A stretch of 64,000 bases of DNA from Chiloscyllium plagiosum (lineage: Eukaryota), in the NCBI RefSeq assembly GCF_004010195.1, contig NC_057719.1, positions 74,526,043-74,590,042 of the forward strand, given 5' to 3'. The position numbers and the translations under genes are program-made. This document shows, in pieces, positions 63,797-64,000 of this stretch (position 1 is the stretch's first letter; every line of letters begins with the position of its first letter). Under the pieces are notes generated by a model. That model had not been told where the DNA came from and searched no databases. It saw nothing but the letters and a program-made list of their open reading frames with translations.

Positions 63797-64000
63797 CGGC
63801 ACGGTGGTTCAGTGGTTAGCACTGTTGCATCACAGCGCCAGGGTCCCAGGTTTGATTCCAGCCTCGGGTGACTGTCTGTGTGGACTGTGTACATTCTCCC
63901 TGTGTCTGCGTGGGTTTCCTCCAGGTACTCTGGTTTCCTCCCGCAGTCCAAAGATGTGTAGGTTAGGTGAATTGGCCATGCTAAATTGCCCATAGTGTTG
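63797..64000 (+). mobile_element. tRNA-derived SINE (HE1-like), runs off window
   Basis: GGCACGGTGGTTCAGTGGTTAGCACTG head; GGTTTGATTCC B box. Confidence 0.9.

Noticed and set aside
10858..64000. tRNA-like A/B boxes at several positions
   Set aside because: They are SINE heads and do not form cloverleaf tRNA genes.

Overview
Vertebrate genomic DNA, almost certainly from a cartilaginous fish (shark-type HE1-like tRNA SINEs, CR1/HER1 LINEs, Penelope-like elements), with four assembly gaps. It holds two convergent protein-coding genes in the tail-to-tail arrangement also found in mammals. SLC10A1 (NTCP) is on + with coding exons 17102-17511, 21011-21212, 21708-21886 and 26861-27063, plus an ambiguous last exon near 31584. 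SRSF5 (SRp40) is on - with seven coding exons from 57059 to 50630 (256 aa), a CpG-island promoter at about 58.3 kb and a candidate PTC-containing poison exon in intron 5. The rest is dense in retroelements. Highlights: (1) a solo-LTR-like repeat at 37143-38719 hit repeatedly at one 14-bp site by Tx1-like non-LTR elements, one of which carries a 3' copy of the homologous site from another LTR copy, suggesting an LTR-targeting, site-specific retrotransposon; (2) short Penelope-derived fold-back insertions with target-site duplications and minimal hammerhead ribozyme cores, including an intact one in sense orientation just downstream of the SRSF5 exon-2 donor; (3) an array of six 5' splice sites at the end of SRSF5 exon 1; (4) a frame ambiguity at the NTCP C-terminus. 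All calls were made by eye; repeat family names and boundaries are approximate.
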